Shown here piece after piece: positions 16,939 to 24,000 of a DNA stretch of 24,000 nt. The notes beneath the pieces are model-generated. The model did no database searches and was not told where the DNA came from. It saw nothing but the letters and a program-made list of their open reading frames with translations. This DNA is from Alphaproteobacteria bacterium (GTDB lineage Bacteria; Pseudomonadota; Alphaproteobacteria; SP197): the NCBI GenBank assembly GCA_028277285.1, contig JANQGO010000108.1, positions 32,832 to 56,831 of the forward strand, in the 5' to 3' direction. Position 1 is the first letter of the stretch, and every line of letters begins with the position of its first letter. Both the position numbers and the translations under genes were made by a program.

Positions 16939-17555
16939 GGTGTCGTCTCCTCCTCCGGTGCCGCGTCGGCGGCAAACATGGCAAGCGTGCTGCTGATCAA
17001 TTGTGCGCGCCGCTCGGGCGAAAAGCGTTTGGGATCAAGGGCGGTGCGGACAAACAGTCCTTCGCCCAGGGCGACCAGCTGATCGGCGGTGTCGTCGGGA
17101 TCCAGGTGTGCCGGCAGATCGCCGACAGCGATCGCGCCCTCGACTTGCTCGCGGACCAGACCGCGGTAGCGGTCGTAGAACGCCATGTTCAGCGCGCGAT
17201 GGCGGTCATCAATGGTCGCGCTCGACCAGAACCCCAGCAGCGCGGCGACACGGCCGGATTTAAGCTCGCGTGGCACCAGCGCCTCGATGGTCGCGCGCAC
17301 CCGGGGCATACCGGCGGGCAAACCCGCCAGGGTTTCGCGCAGCCGCTCGGCCGTCTGCTCGGCGATCAGCTGATAGGCAAACGCCATCAGCTCGCCGCGG
17401 TCGCGGAAGTAGTGGTGAATGACCCCCGTCGTGAAGCCGGCCTCGCGCGCGATCTCGCGCAGCGTGGCGCCATCGACACCGTGTTTGGCGATCACGCGCC
17501 AGGTCGCTTCGGCAACCTCTTCGCGGCGGGCATCGTGGTTCACGACCTTAGGCAT
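16935..17555 (-). CDS. TetR/AcrR family transcriptional regulator
   Basis: The HTH region is ATLREIAREAGFTTGVIHHYFRDRGELM. It is 206 aa and first in a two-gene minus-strand unit with the Rieske gene. Confidence 0.85.
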   Translation of the reverse strand: MPKVVNHDARREEVAEATWRVIAKHGVDGATLREIAREAGFTTGVIHHYFRDRGELMAFAYQLIAEQTAERLRETLAGLPAGMPRVRATIEALVPRELKSGRVAALLGFWSSATIDDRHRALNMAFYDRYRGLVREQVEGAIAVGDLPAHLDPDDTADQLVALGEGLFVRTALDPKRFSPERRAQLISSTLAMFAADAAPEEETTP

Positions 17556-17666
17556 GGACGAGCGGCCTCTTCATCTTGTATGACATGCGCCAAGTTTTTA
17601 ACATGTCGGATGTTATAAATAAACCGCTCGAAGTCAAACGTCGATTCTCCTGGAGCAGATCCCGTT

Positions 17667-17695
17667 TTGATGGAATCGCTTCGCGATGCCATCAA
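17667..17695. promoter_or_regulatory. Imperfect palindrome (13-bp arms, 3-bp spacer) in a divergent promoter region; candidate operator
   Basis: ttgatggaatcgc (17667-17679) is complementary to gcgatgccatcaa (17683-17695) at 12/13 positions. It lies in the lower-GC 261-bp region between the TetR and Rieske starts. Confidence 0.4.
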
Positions 17696-17725
17696 GAAGG
17701 GTGAATCTGCTCTATCTATGGATCG

Positions 17726-17787
17726 AGAGCGGATTCACGCGCTTAGATAGAACCGAGTTCCGGTTCTATCTAACCGCGATCCGCTCT
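17726..17787. promoter_or_regulatory. 62-bp nested palindrome (perfect 13-bp core arms); candidate TetR operator or structured 5' leader
   Basis: The core is ttagatagaaccg (17743-17755) / cggttctatctaa (17761-17773), perfectly complementary with a 5-nt spacer. It is flanked by cgcg/cgcg (17738-41 / 17775-78) and agagcggat/atccgctct (17726-34 / 17779-87). That gives 26 paired positions with one mismatch and a 3-nt bulge. A third half-site, tctatcta, lies at 17711-17718. The structure ends 30 nt before the Rieske ATG. Confidence 0.5.
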
Positions 17788-17816
17788 ATGACGTTAAGTC
17801 CTGTGAGGAAACCGCG

Positions 17817-18875
17817 ATGGCCACGCCACAACCTTTGACCGACACCCTGCCCGCCGCCTGGTACCACGACGCCGATCAGTTCGAGCGCGAGCGCCGCATG
17901 ATCTTTGCGCGCAACTGGTGGCTGGTCGGCCGCGAGCAGCAGCTGGCGCAGGCCGGCGACTACGTCACCGCCAACGTGGCCGGCTGGCCGGTCTTTGTCG
18001 TGCGCGACCGCGAGAAGGGCTTGCGCGCCTTCCACAATGTCTGCCGCCACCGCGCCGGCCCCTTGTTTACGGATGAAGGCGGGCGCTGTCAGACCCTACG
18101 CTGCCAGTATCACGGTTGGATCTACGGCTTCGACGGCAGCCTAAGAACCGCGCCGGGATTCCCTGAGTCCGGCACGCTCGACAAATCCAAGTTCGGGCTC
18201 TTTCCCGTGCGCGTCGAGACGTGGCGTGGTCTGGTCTTTGTCTGCCTGGAAGAAGCCGCGCCGGATCTCATGACCTGGATGGGCGACGTCGGGCGGCTGG
18301 CCGATGAGTATCCGGCGGCCCAGACGTTTGTCTTCATGGACGAAACGACGGTCGAAGGCGCCTGCGACTGGAAGGCCTATGGCGACAACTCGTGCGAGGG
18401 TTACCACCTGCCCTTCGTCCACGGGGCGCTCAACAAGGCGGTGTCGGGCGCCGACATCCGGCCTTACGAAAACGGCGGCTTCGTGGGCTTCCACGTGGAC
18501 TACGGCGGCACGTCCGATACCCGCGCCAACAAGGGTCTGTGGATCTACAAGTTCCCCGGCCTGCTGCTGCACTATTCCGACCGCGCGCTCAACATCGAGC
18601 AGGTCGAGCCGGACCGCGCCGGCGCCATGACCATCCGCTCCTGGTACTGGTTCCCGGAAGGCGAGGAAGCGTATGGCCGCGCCTACATGGCCGACTCGGT
18701 CGATGTCATGCACGAGGACATGGGCGTGTGCCTTAAGGTGCAGAAGAACCTGGAGGCGGGCATCTACCAGTCCGGCAAACTCTCACCGGAGAAGGAGCCT
18801 GGCACGATCTTCTTCCAGCGCCTGATCCGCGAGGCGCTTGAGGCCGATCCGCCACGTCTTGGTTTGGCTGCATGA
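17817..18875 (+). CDS. Rieske [2Fe-2S] non-heme-iron oxygenase, alpha-subunit type (paralogue of 15736-16938)
   Basis: The Rieske motif is CRHRAGPLFTDEGGRCQTLRCQYHGW (CxH-17-CxxH). The iron region is DNSCEGYHLPFVHGA. GAGGA lies 7 nt upstream of the ATG. Its stop overlaps the GST start (ATGA, 18872-18875). Confidence 0.85.
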   Translation: MATPQPLTDTLPAAWYHDADQFERERRMIFARNWWLVGREQQLAQAGDYVTANVAGWPVFVVRDREKGLRAFHNVCRHRAGPLFTDEGGRCQTLRCQYHGWIYGFDGSLRTAPGFPESGTLDKSKFGLFPVRVETWRGLVFVCLEEAAPDLMTWMGDVGRLADEYPAAQTFVFMDETTVEGACDWKAYGDNSCEGYHLPFVHGALNKAVSGADIRPYENGGFVGFHVDYGGTSDTRANKGLWIYKFPGLLLHYSDRALNIEQVEPDRAGAMTIRSWYWFPEGEEAYGRAYMADSVDVMHEDMGVCLKVQKNLEAGIYQSGKLSPEKEPGTIFFQRLIREALEADPPRLGLAA

Positions 18876-19528
18876 CGCCGCCCATCCTCTATATCGGCAA
18901 CAAGAACTATTCGTCGTGGTCGCTGAGGCCGTGGCTGGTTTTCGAGCACTTCGGCCTGCCGTACGAGGAAAGGCTGATCCCGCTGTTTGACGAAAACTGG
19001 GATGCGGCAATCGCCGAGGTCTCGCCGTCGCGCAAGGTGCCGTGCCTGGTCGACGGCGACCTGACGATCTGGGAGACCCTGGCGATCATCGAGTACGCCA
19101 CCGACCGCCATCCCCAGGCGGCGATCTGGCCGGACGACTTGCACGCCCGTGCGGTCGCGCGAAGTGTTGCCTCAGAAATGCATGCGGGTTTTGCCGAGCT
19201 GCGTTCGGCGATGCCCATGAACATCCGCAAGTCGCTGCCCGGCCGCGGCCGCACGCCCGGCGCGCTGAAGGATATCGCGCAGATCCAGGAACGGTGGAAC
19301 CGGTGCCGCAGCGACTATGGAGCTGGCGGTGACTTCCTGTTTGGCGCCTTCACCGCCGCCGATGCGATGTATGCGCCGGTCGCCAGCCGGCTGGTGACCT
19401 ATGGCGTCGAGCTCGACCCCATTTCATCTGCCTATGTCGATGCCATCATCGCACTGCCCGCCATGCAGACATGGAGCGAGGCGGCACGCAAGGAACCCTG
19501 GACCGTCGCCGAGGACGAGCTGGACTAG
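18872..19528 (+). CDS. Glutathione S-transferase family protein
   Basis: 218 aa. The N-terminal LYIGNKNYSSWSLRPWL and the ...VPCLVDGDLTIWETLAIIEY thioredoxin-like fold pattern are typical of a bacterial GST subfamily, followed by a helical C-terminal domain. Assignment is from remembered motifs. Confidence 0.7.
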   Translation: MTPPILYIGNKNYSSWSLRPWLVFEHFGLPYEERLIPLFDENWDAAIAEVSPSRKVPCLVDGDLTIWETLAIIEYATDRHPQAAIWPDDLHARAVARSVASEMHAGFAELRSAMPMNIRKSLPGRGRTPGALKDIAQIQERWNRCRSDYGAGGDFLFGAFTAADAMYAPVASRLVTYGVELDPISSAYVDAIIALPAMQTWSEAARKEPWTVAEDELD

Positions 19529-19560
19529 GGCCGCCTAAATCCAACCACCGACACTCTCGC

Positions 19561-19655
19561 GCCCCGGCCGCAGAGCCGGGGCCCATGAACACGGACGGTG
19601 CCTTTGTAACGCGATCCCGTGTTCATGGATCCTGGGTCAAGCCCGGGATGCGACC
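19561..19655. repeat. Palindromic intergenic repeat, copy C
   Basis: The perfect 12-bp stem is ccatgaacacgg (19583-19594) / ccgtgttcatgg (19617-19628), with a 22-nt loop. It shares ccggggcccatga with copy B and gggtcaagcccgg with copy A. It lies between convergent genes, starting 32 nt after the GST stop. Confidence 0.65.
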
Positions 19656-19687
19656 ATGGCGTTAACGCGCCAGAGCGTCCGTTGCCC

Positions 19688-20668
19688 CTATGCTCTCTTC
19701 GACGCGACGTTCTCGCCCATCAGGCAGAGGATCTCCCACATCATCTGGGCACCGGTCAGCGCTGTCTGGCCCGAGGGGTCGAATGGCGGCGAGACCTCGA
19801 CCACATCGCCGCCGACGATGTCGAGTCCGCGCAGGCCGCGAAGCATCTGCTGTGCCTCGAAGGTCGTGAAGCCGCCGACTTCCGGCGTGCCCGTGCCCGG
19901 CGCATAGACCGGATCCAGGCCGTCGACATCGAAGCTGATATAGGTCGGGCCGTCGCCGACGACCTCGCGCGCCTTGGCGATCACGGCCTCGATGCCCATG
20001 GCGTAGAGCTCTTCGATGTGAATCACCGTCATGCCGGATTCGTAGCTGAACGCCCATAGCGGTTCGGCCGGCCCGCGGATACCGATCTGGATCGTGCGCT
20101 TGGGGTCCAGCACGCCGTCGTCGACGGCGACGCGAAACGGGCCGCCATGGTGGTGCTTGTGGCCGAACAGTTCCGGTCCGGTATCGCAGTGGGCGTCGAA
20201 ATGGATCAGGCCGACAGGCCGGTCGGCGGCAATCGCCTTCATGATCGGCAGGGTGATCGAGTGGTCGCCGCCGGCGGTCAGCGGCCGGATGCCGGCCGCA
20301 TGCACCTTCCTGTAGAACGCCTCGATATCGTCCATGGCGCGCTCAAGGTTATAGACGCCTTCGATCAGGACATCGCCCAGATCCGCCGATTCAGCGATGT
20401 GATAGGGCCGAATGCCGGTCTGATGATTGGTATGGCCCATCAGGGTCGACTGTTCGCGCAAACCCCGCGGGCCATGGCGCGCGCCCGGGCAATTGGTCAC
20501 TCCGCCGTCGAACGGCACGCCGATCAAGCCGATTTCGACCCCGTCCCAGTTGCCGTCGTCGCGCAGCGGACGGCGCATGAAGGTCGCGACGCCGGAATAG
20601 CGCGGGCGATAGATCTCGCCCGCCGGCATCAACTCTTCGCGAACATCATGCTCCTGGTCCTTGCCCAT
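19688..20668 (-). CDS. Arginase-family ureohydrolase (agmatinase / guanidino-acid hydrolase-like)
   Basis: The Mn-ligand motifs are HFDAHCDT, GGDHSITLP and SFDVDGLDP. Its length and N-terminus resemble the SpeB/GbuA/GpuA group. Substrate cannot be assigned from sequence alone. Confidence 0.85.
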   Translation of the reverse strand: MGKDQEHDVREELMPAGEIYRPRYSGVATFMRRPLRDDGNWDGVEIGLIGVPFDGGVTNCPGARHGPRGLREQSTLMGHTNHQTGIRPYHIAESADLGDVLIEGVYNLERAMDDIEAFYRKVHAAGIRPLTAGGDHSITLPIMKAIAADRPVGLIHFDAHCDTGPELFGHKHHHGGPFRVAVDDGVLDPKRTIQIGIRGPAEPLWAFSYESGMTVIHIEELYAMGIEAVIAKAREVVGDGPTYISFDVDGLDPVYAPGTGTPEVGGFTTFEAQQMLRGLRGLDIVGGDVVEVSPPFDPSGQTALTGAQMMWEILCLMGENVASKRA

Positions 20669-20731
20669 GCATCTGCCCCTTTTCCTCGTGTCGGTTGCGC
20701 CAATATAGACCTTAACAGTGGAGAAGACGCC

Positions 20732-21523
20732 ATGACCGAGTTGTCACGCATCGCGAATCCAGCGCCCGGCTTCCAGTCGCATCCGAACTATCAGATCGAG
20801 ATCCTGCCTTGCGCCAAGCGCCTGCGCGCGACATTCGCCGGGCATACCGTGTTCGATACGCTCGATGCGGTGATCCTGCGCGAGACCAAGCATCTGCCCG
20901 TCTATTACGTACCGCGCGGCGATGTGGACATGGCGCTGATGACACGCACGGAACACACGACCCATTGCCCATTCAAGGGCGACGCGTCGTATTTCAGCCT
21001 GCAGCACGGCGAGCGCGTCGCGGAAAACGCAGTCTGGACCTACGAAACGCCGTTCGACGAATGCCACCCGATCAAAGACTTCTTGGCCTTCTATTGGGAC
21101 CGACTGGATCACTGGTACGAGGAAGACGACGAGGTCTTCGTGCACGCCCGCGATCCCAAGGCACGCATCGACATCCTGGCGAGCGCGCGTCCGGTCCGTG
21201 TTGAAGCCGCCGGCGCGACCATTGCGGAGACGACACGCGCGCTCTTCCTATTCGAGACCGGCCTTCCGGTTCGCTACTATGTTCCGCTGGAGGACGTACG
21301 GCAGGATCTGCTGATTTCGTCGGAGACCCAAACGCGCTGCCCCTACAAGGGCACGGCGCACTATCATCACGTTAAGATCGGCGAGACCGTCATCAACGAT
21401 GCGGTCTGGCACTACCCGAACCCGCTTGATGAAGTCGGCCGCATCGCCGGTTATCTCTGCTTCTATCCGGAGAAAGTCGGCCGGCTCACCATCGACGGCA
21501 GGGACGTACAGCTGGCCGTTTAG
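20732..21523 (+). CDS. Tandem DUF427-domain protein
   Basis: The true start is MTELSR at 20732, with GGAGAAG upstream. The track ORF from 20147 is an antisense extension over the ureohydrolase gene. There are two internally homologous halves, each with ET..P..YYVP..DV ... T.CP(F/Y)KG.A.Y ... AVW.Y..P.DE ... FY. Confidence 0.75.
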   Translation: MTELSRIANPAPGFQSHPNYQIEILPCAKRLRATFAGHTVFDTLDAVILRETKHLPVYYVPRGDVDMALMTRTEHTTHCPFKGDASYFSLQHGERVAENAVWTYETPFDECHPIKDFLAFYWDRLDHWYEEDDEVFVHARDPKARIDILASARPVRVEAAGATIAETTRALFLFETGLPVRYYVPLEDVRQDLLISSETQTRCPYKGTAHYHHVKIGETVINDAVWHYPNPLDEVGRIAGYLCFYPEKVGRLTIDGRDVQLAV

Positions 21524-22719
21524 TCGAACGCGCGCCTGTCCGGCTCTTCTTTGACCACAACGGGCGGCGCGCTGGAGATACGCCGCAGCAGTACGCCCAG
21601 GAAGATCGCGCTGAAGACGACGCCGACAATCGGCATGCCGACGGGGCCCAGGGCATTCATCGCGCCACCGCTGATGCCGGGCCCGAACACACTGCCGATG
21701 GCCCACAGAAACATGAAACTGGTCGTGGCGCCAACCAGCTGAGCGCTGCGGAAACGCCGTCCCATCGCGGTCAGCGCGATGGTGTAGAAGCTGCCGATGG
21801 TCGCGCCCATCAGCAACAAGGTTGGGTAGATCAGGATGGGATCGGTCACCATGAACGGCAGCGCCGCGATGGTGGCCAGCGTGACGAACGTGCACGCCGC
21901 CATCAGGCGGCGCGTGTCCACACGGTCGGCCAGAAACCCGATCGGGATCTGCGCCAGAATCGATCCGATGACAAAAATCGTCAGCATCAGCTCGGCCATG
22001 CCGTCCGCCACGCCCATGCGCAGGCCGTAGACCGGCAGCAACGACAAAGTGGCACTGTCGATCAGACCGAACATGAGGCCAGCCATCATGAGCGACGGCG
22101 CAATGGTGAAGAAATGAATGATGCGCGCCCGGTGGTCGCCCTCCAGCATCGCCTGCGCGCCGCCCGCAATAGACAGCGGAATAAGACCGATCAACACAAT
22201 CGCGATGCCGATATAGAGCGCCGTCCATGTCTCCGTGCCCAGCACCACCAGAAGCACCGGTCCAAGCCCGAAGCCGCCGTGCTGGAACATGCCGGCGACA
22301 CCGATCAGGCGGCCGCGCCGGCGTTCATCGGCAAGCTGGTTGATCCAGACGTCACCGGCGGTAAACGCAAGCTCGGCTGAAAGGCCCAGCAAAAAACGGA
22401 TCGGAAACCACAGCCATACCGACGGGAACACAGGCAGCAGCGCTAGCGCGACCGCCATGCCGACCATGCCGGCCGCGATGACGCGCTTGACGCCGAAACG
22501 CCGGATCAAACGGGGCGCCAGAAACGCCAGGAACATAACGGCCAGCATCTGGACGGACGCGTTCAGCCCGTTCAGCAACGGCGAGACCCCCTGATGTTCC
22601 AGGGTCAGCGCCAGGAACGGGTAGCTGATACCCATGGTCACCGTCACGGTGGTCGTCGCCGCGATACAGGCGACAATGCCGCGGGTGCGCTGGCCCGTTG
22701 TCAGGGTAACCGTACTCAT
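21520..22719 (-). CDS. MFS transporter
   Basis: 399 aa with about 12 hydrophobic segments. MFS motif-A-like loops are PRLIRRFGVKR and GFLADRVDTRR. Its stop overlaps the DUF427 stop convergently (TTAG, 21520-21523). Confidence 0.8.
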   Translation of the reverse strand: MSTVTLTTGQRTRGIVACIAATTTVTVTMGISYPFLALTLEHQGVSPLLNGLNASVQMLAVMFLAFLAPRLIRRFGVKRVIAAGMVGMAVALALLPVFPSVWLWFPIRFLLGLSAELAFTAGDVWINQLADERRRGRLIGVAGMFQHGGFGLGPVLLVVLGTETWTALYIGIAIVLIGLIPLSIAGGAQAMLEGDHRARIIHFFTIAPSLMMAGLMFGLIDSATLSLLPVYGLRMGVADGMAELMLTIFVIGSILAQIPIGFLADRVDTRRLMAACTFVTLATIAALPFMVTDPILIYPTLLLMGATIGSFYTIALTAMGRRFRSAQLVGATTSFMFLWAIGSVFGPGISGGAMNALGPVGMPIVGVVFSAIFLGVLLRRISSAPPVVVKEEPDRRAFD

Positions 22720-22894
22720 AGTGCCGGTTTAGAGATTTCCCCGATAGGGGCAAGCCATGGATTCCTCATGGCTGACGTGAGGGGTTCTTATGAATGCCCG
22801 GCATCGGCTAGGTTGACGCCCTAGCCGCCAGGCAGAAGAACTGGCGCGATACCGGACCCGGACCGCATACGGTCGTGCTTTGGGGGAAGCAGCC

Positions 22895-24000
22895 ATGCTG
22901 AAAAAGAAACTCGCCGCCTACGCTGATGAAATCTCCGTCGCACCGGGCGACACCATTCGCTTCATGGCGAGCGTCGACGACGATCTTTCCAGCTATACCG
23001 CCACCATCGTGCGGCTGCTTTCCGGCGACGACCAGCCGGGCGGGCCGGGTTATCGCGATACCGTGCTGGACGTCCCGGCCAACGGTGGCCACGCCGCGCG
23101 CCACCAGCCGACATGGCCGGGCGCTTACGGCGTGGTCGGCCATGACAAGGCATTCGACAAGCTGGAGAGCTTTTCGCTGCAATGCCTGTTCTGGCCGACG
23201 ACGCCGGAACGGCCGTGGAAGTCCATCGTCTCCAAGTTCGACGAAAGCAACGAGTTCGGTTGGGGTCTGTTCACGAACGGCGACGGGCACGCCTGTTTCT
23301 TCGTCGGCGACGGCAACGATCACCGCACGGCCCACGCCGTCGCGCCCGAACCGCTGATCGCGCGCCAATGGTATCTGCTGACCGGCAGTTACGATACCGA
23401 AGCCAAGGAACTCAAGGTCGTGCAACGGATGATCCATCCCGTGCCCACCATACCGGCACGCTCAGAAGCGACAGCCACGGCGCCGGAGATAGGCGATATC
23501 CACAATCGCGAAGCCGCCTTTATGGTCGGCGCCTACAACAACCAGGCCGAAAGCGGCACGTGGTTTCCCGGCGGCCACGTGAACGGCAAGATCGAACGCC
23601 CGGTCTTGATCAACCGCGTGCTGGATGACGACGAGAGCGATGAGCTTCTAACCGGGGCCATCCCGAAAAAACTCGCCAAGGGTACGGTGCTCGCGTGGGA
23701 TTTCAGCCAAGAGATCGGCAGTGACCGGCTGGTCGACATCTCCGGCAACAAGCTGGACGGCGAAGCCGTCAATCTGCCGATCCGCGCGGTGCGCGGCCAC
23801 AACTGGGACGCCACCGAATTCAACTGGACGAAGGCGCCGGAGCAATGGGGCGCGATGCATTTTGTCGAAGATGCGATCTACGACTGCGGCTGGCGGCCGG
23901 ACTTCGAGGTGACAATTCCGGAAAGCGCCAAGAGCGGCCTTTACGCTGCCAAGCTGGAGGCAGACGACAGCGCGCCGGAATTCGTGCCGTTTGTCGTGCG
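22895..24000 (+). CDS. N,N-dimethylformamidase beta (large) subunit family protein, 3'-truncated at window edge
   Basis: It is not in the supplied ORF track. I translated it by hand from the ATG at 22895 (GGGGGAAG at 22882-22889) and found no stop through 24000, which is 368 codons. It matches the remembered DmfA2-type pattern: MLKKKLAAYADEISVAPGDTIRF...VRLLSGDDQPGGPGYRD... The LamG-like core is FSLQCLFWPTTPERPWKSIVSKFDESNEFGWGLF...WYLLTGSYD, followed by ...EQWGAMHFVEDAIYDCGWRPDFEVTIPESAKSGLYAAKL. The antisense track ORF 22808-23437 is a shadow. Confidence 0.75.
   Translation, partial: MLKKKLAAYADEISVAPGDTIRFMASVDDDLSSYTATIVRLLSGDDQPGGPGYRDTVLDVPANGGHAARHQPTWPGAYGVVGHDKAFDKLESFSLQCLFWPTTPERPWKSIVSKFDESNEFGWGLFTNGDGHACFFVGDGNDHRTAHAVAPEPLIARQWYLLTGSYDTEAKELKVVQRMIHPVPTIPARSEATATAPEIGDIHNREAAFMVGAYNNQAESGTWFPGGHVNGKIERPVLINRVLDDDESDELLTGAIPKKLAKGTVLAWDFSQEIGSDRLVDISGNKLDGEAVNLPIRAVRGHNWDATEFNWTKAPEQWGAMHFVEDAIYDCGWRPDFEVTIPESAKSGLYAAKLEADDSAPEFVPFVV

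Noticed and set aside
17670-17750. 26-aa ORF (MESLRDAIKKGESALSMDRERIHALR) in the TetR/Rieske intergenic region.
   Set aside because: The nearest GGAG is about 14 nt upstream, which is too far. Codons such as tct, cta and aga are atypical for this high-GC genome. The ORF is built largely from the palindrome sequences and is more likely non-coding.
22720-22894. Possible riboswitch (for example guanidine-I/II/III) upstream of the DMFase-like, MFS or ureohydrolase genes. The 20669-20731 region was also checked.
   Set aside because: I could not find the conserved cores I remember. There are no paired ACGR-loop hairpins and no ykkC-like GGGA/ACGR segments. Only short generic hairpins are present. 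A covariance-model scan would be needed for a definitive negative.
1-24000. Window-wide look for tRNA/rRNA, CRISPR arrays, IS elements or transposases, integrases, toxin-antitoxin pairs, and phage or defence-system genes.
   Set aside because: I saw no regularly spaced direct repeats, no cloverleaf-like or rRNA-like segments, and no ORF with transposase, integrase, nuclease, helicase or ATPase defence-type motifs. All sizeable ORFs are accounted for by metabolic, transport or regulatory families.

Overview
High-GC, gene-dense segment with strong G/C third-codon bias. It looks like an alphaproteobacterial chromosome, which is inference from a BacA/SbmA homologue, a Bat-type membrane module and 'VKPG'-type palindromic intergenic repeats. 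I support 21 protein-coding genes on both strands. I found no rRNA, tRNA, CRISPR array, transposase, integrase, phage or recognisable defence genes. All family calls come from motifs read by eye and remembered family sequences; no database search was run.

Gene content, left to right:
- The distal half of a Bat/MoxR-type membrane module: a BatA_N-DUF4159 fusion protein and a vWA/GATase1-like protein.
- A minus-strand operon of class II aldolase, TetR and a 3-hydroxyisobutyrate-dehydrogenase-like enzyme, with a divergent SDR gene.
- An orphan divergent TrpF-family gene.
- pepA, an SDR gene and a FAH-family gene, co-directional with short gaps.
- A PuuP/PlaP-like APC permease.
- bacA with a divergent GNAT gene.
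- Two paralogous Rieske oxygenase genes arranged divergently around a TetR gene, one of them translationally coupled to a GST gene.
- An arginase-family ureohydrolase divergent from a tandem-DUF427 gene.
- An MFS transporter divergent from an N,N-dimethylformamidase large-subunit-like gene. This gene runs off the right edge and is absent from the supplied ORF track.

Non-coding structure:
- Three copies of a palindromic intergenic repeat family, each just 3' of a plus-strand gene.
- A 62-bp nested palindrome plus a second palindrome in the TetR/Rieske divergent promoter region.

I do not see a clear-cut novel system such as a defence island. The best candidates for uncharacterised biology are the Rieske/TetR/GST locus with its operator-like palindromes, the ureohydrolase/DUF427/MFS/DMFase-like neighbourhood, the Bat-type module and the repeat family.
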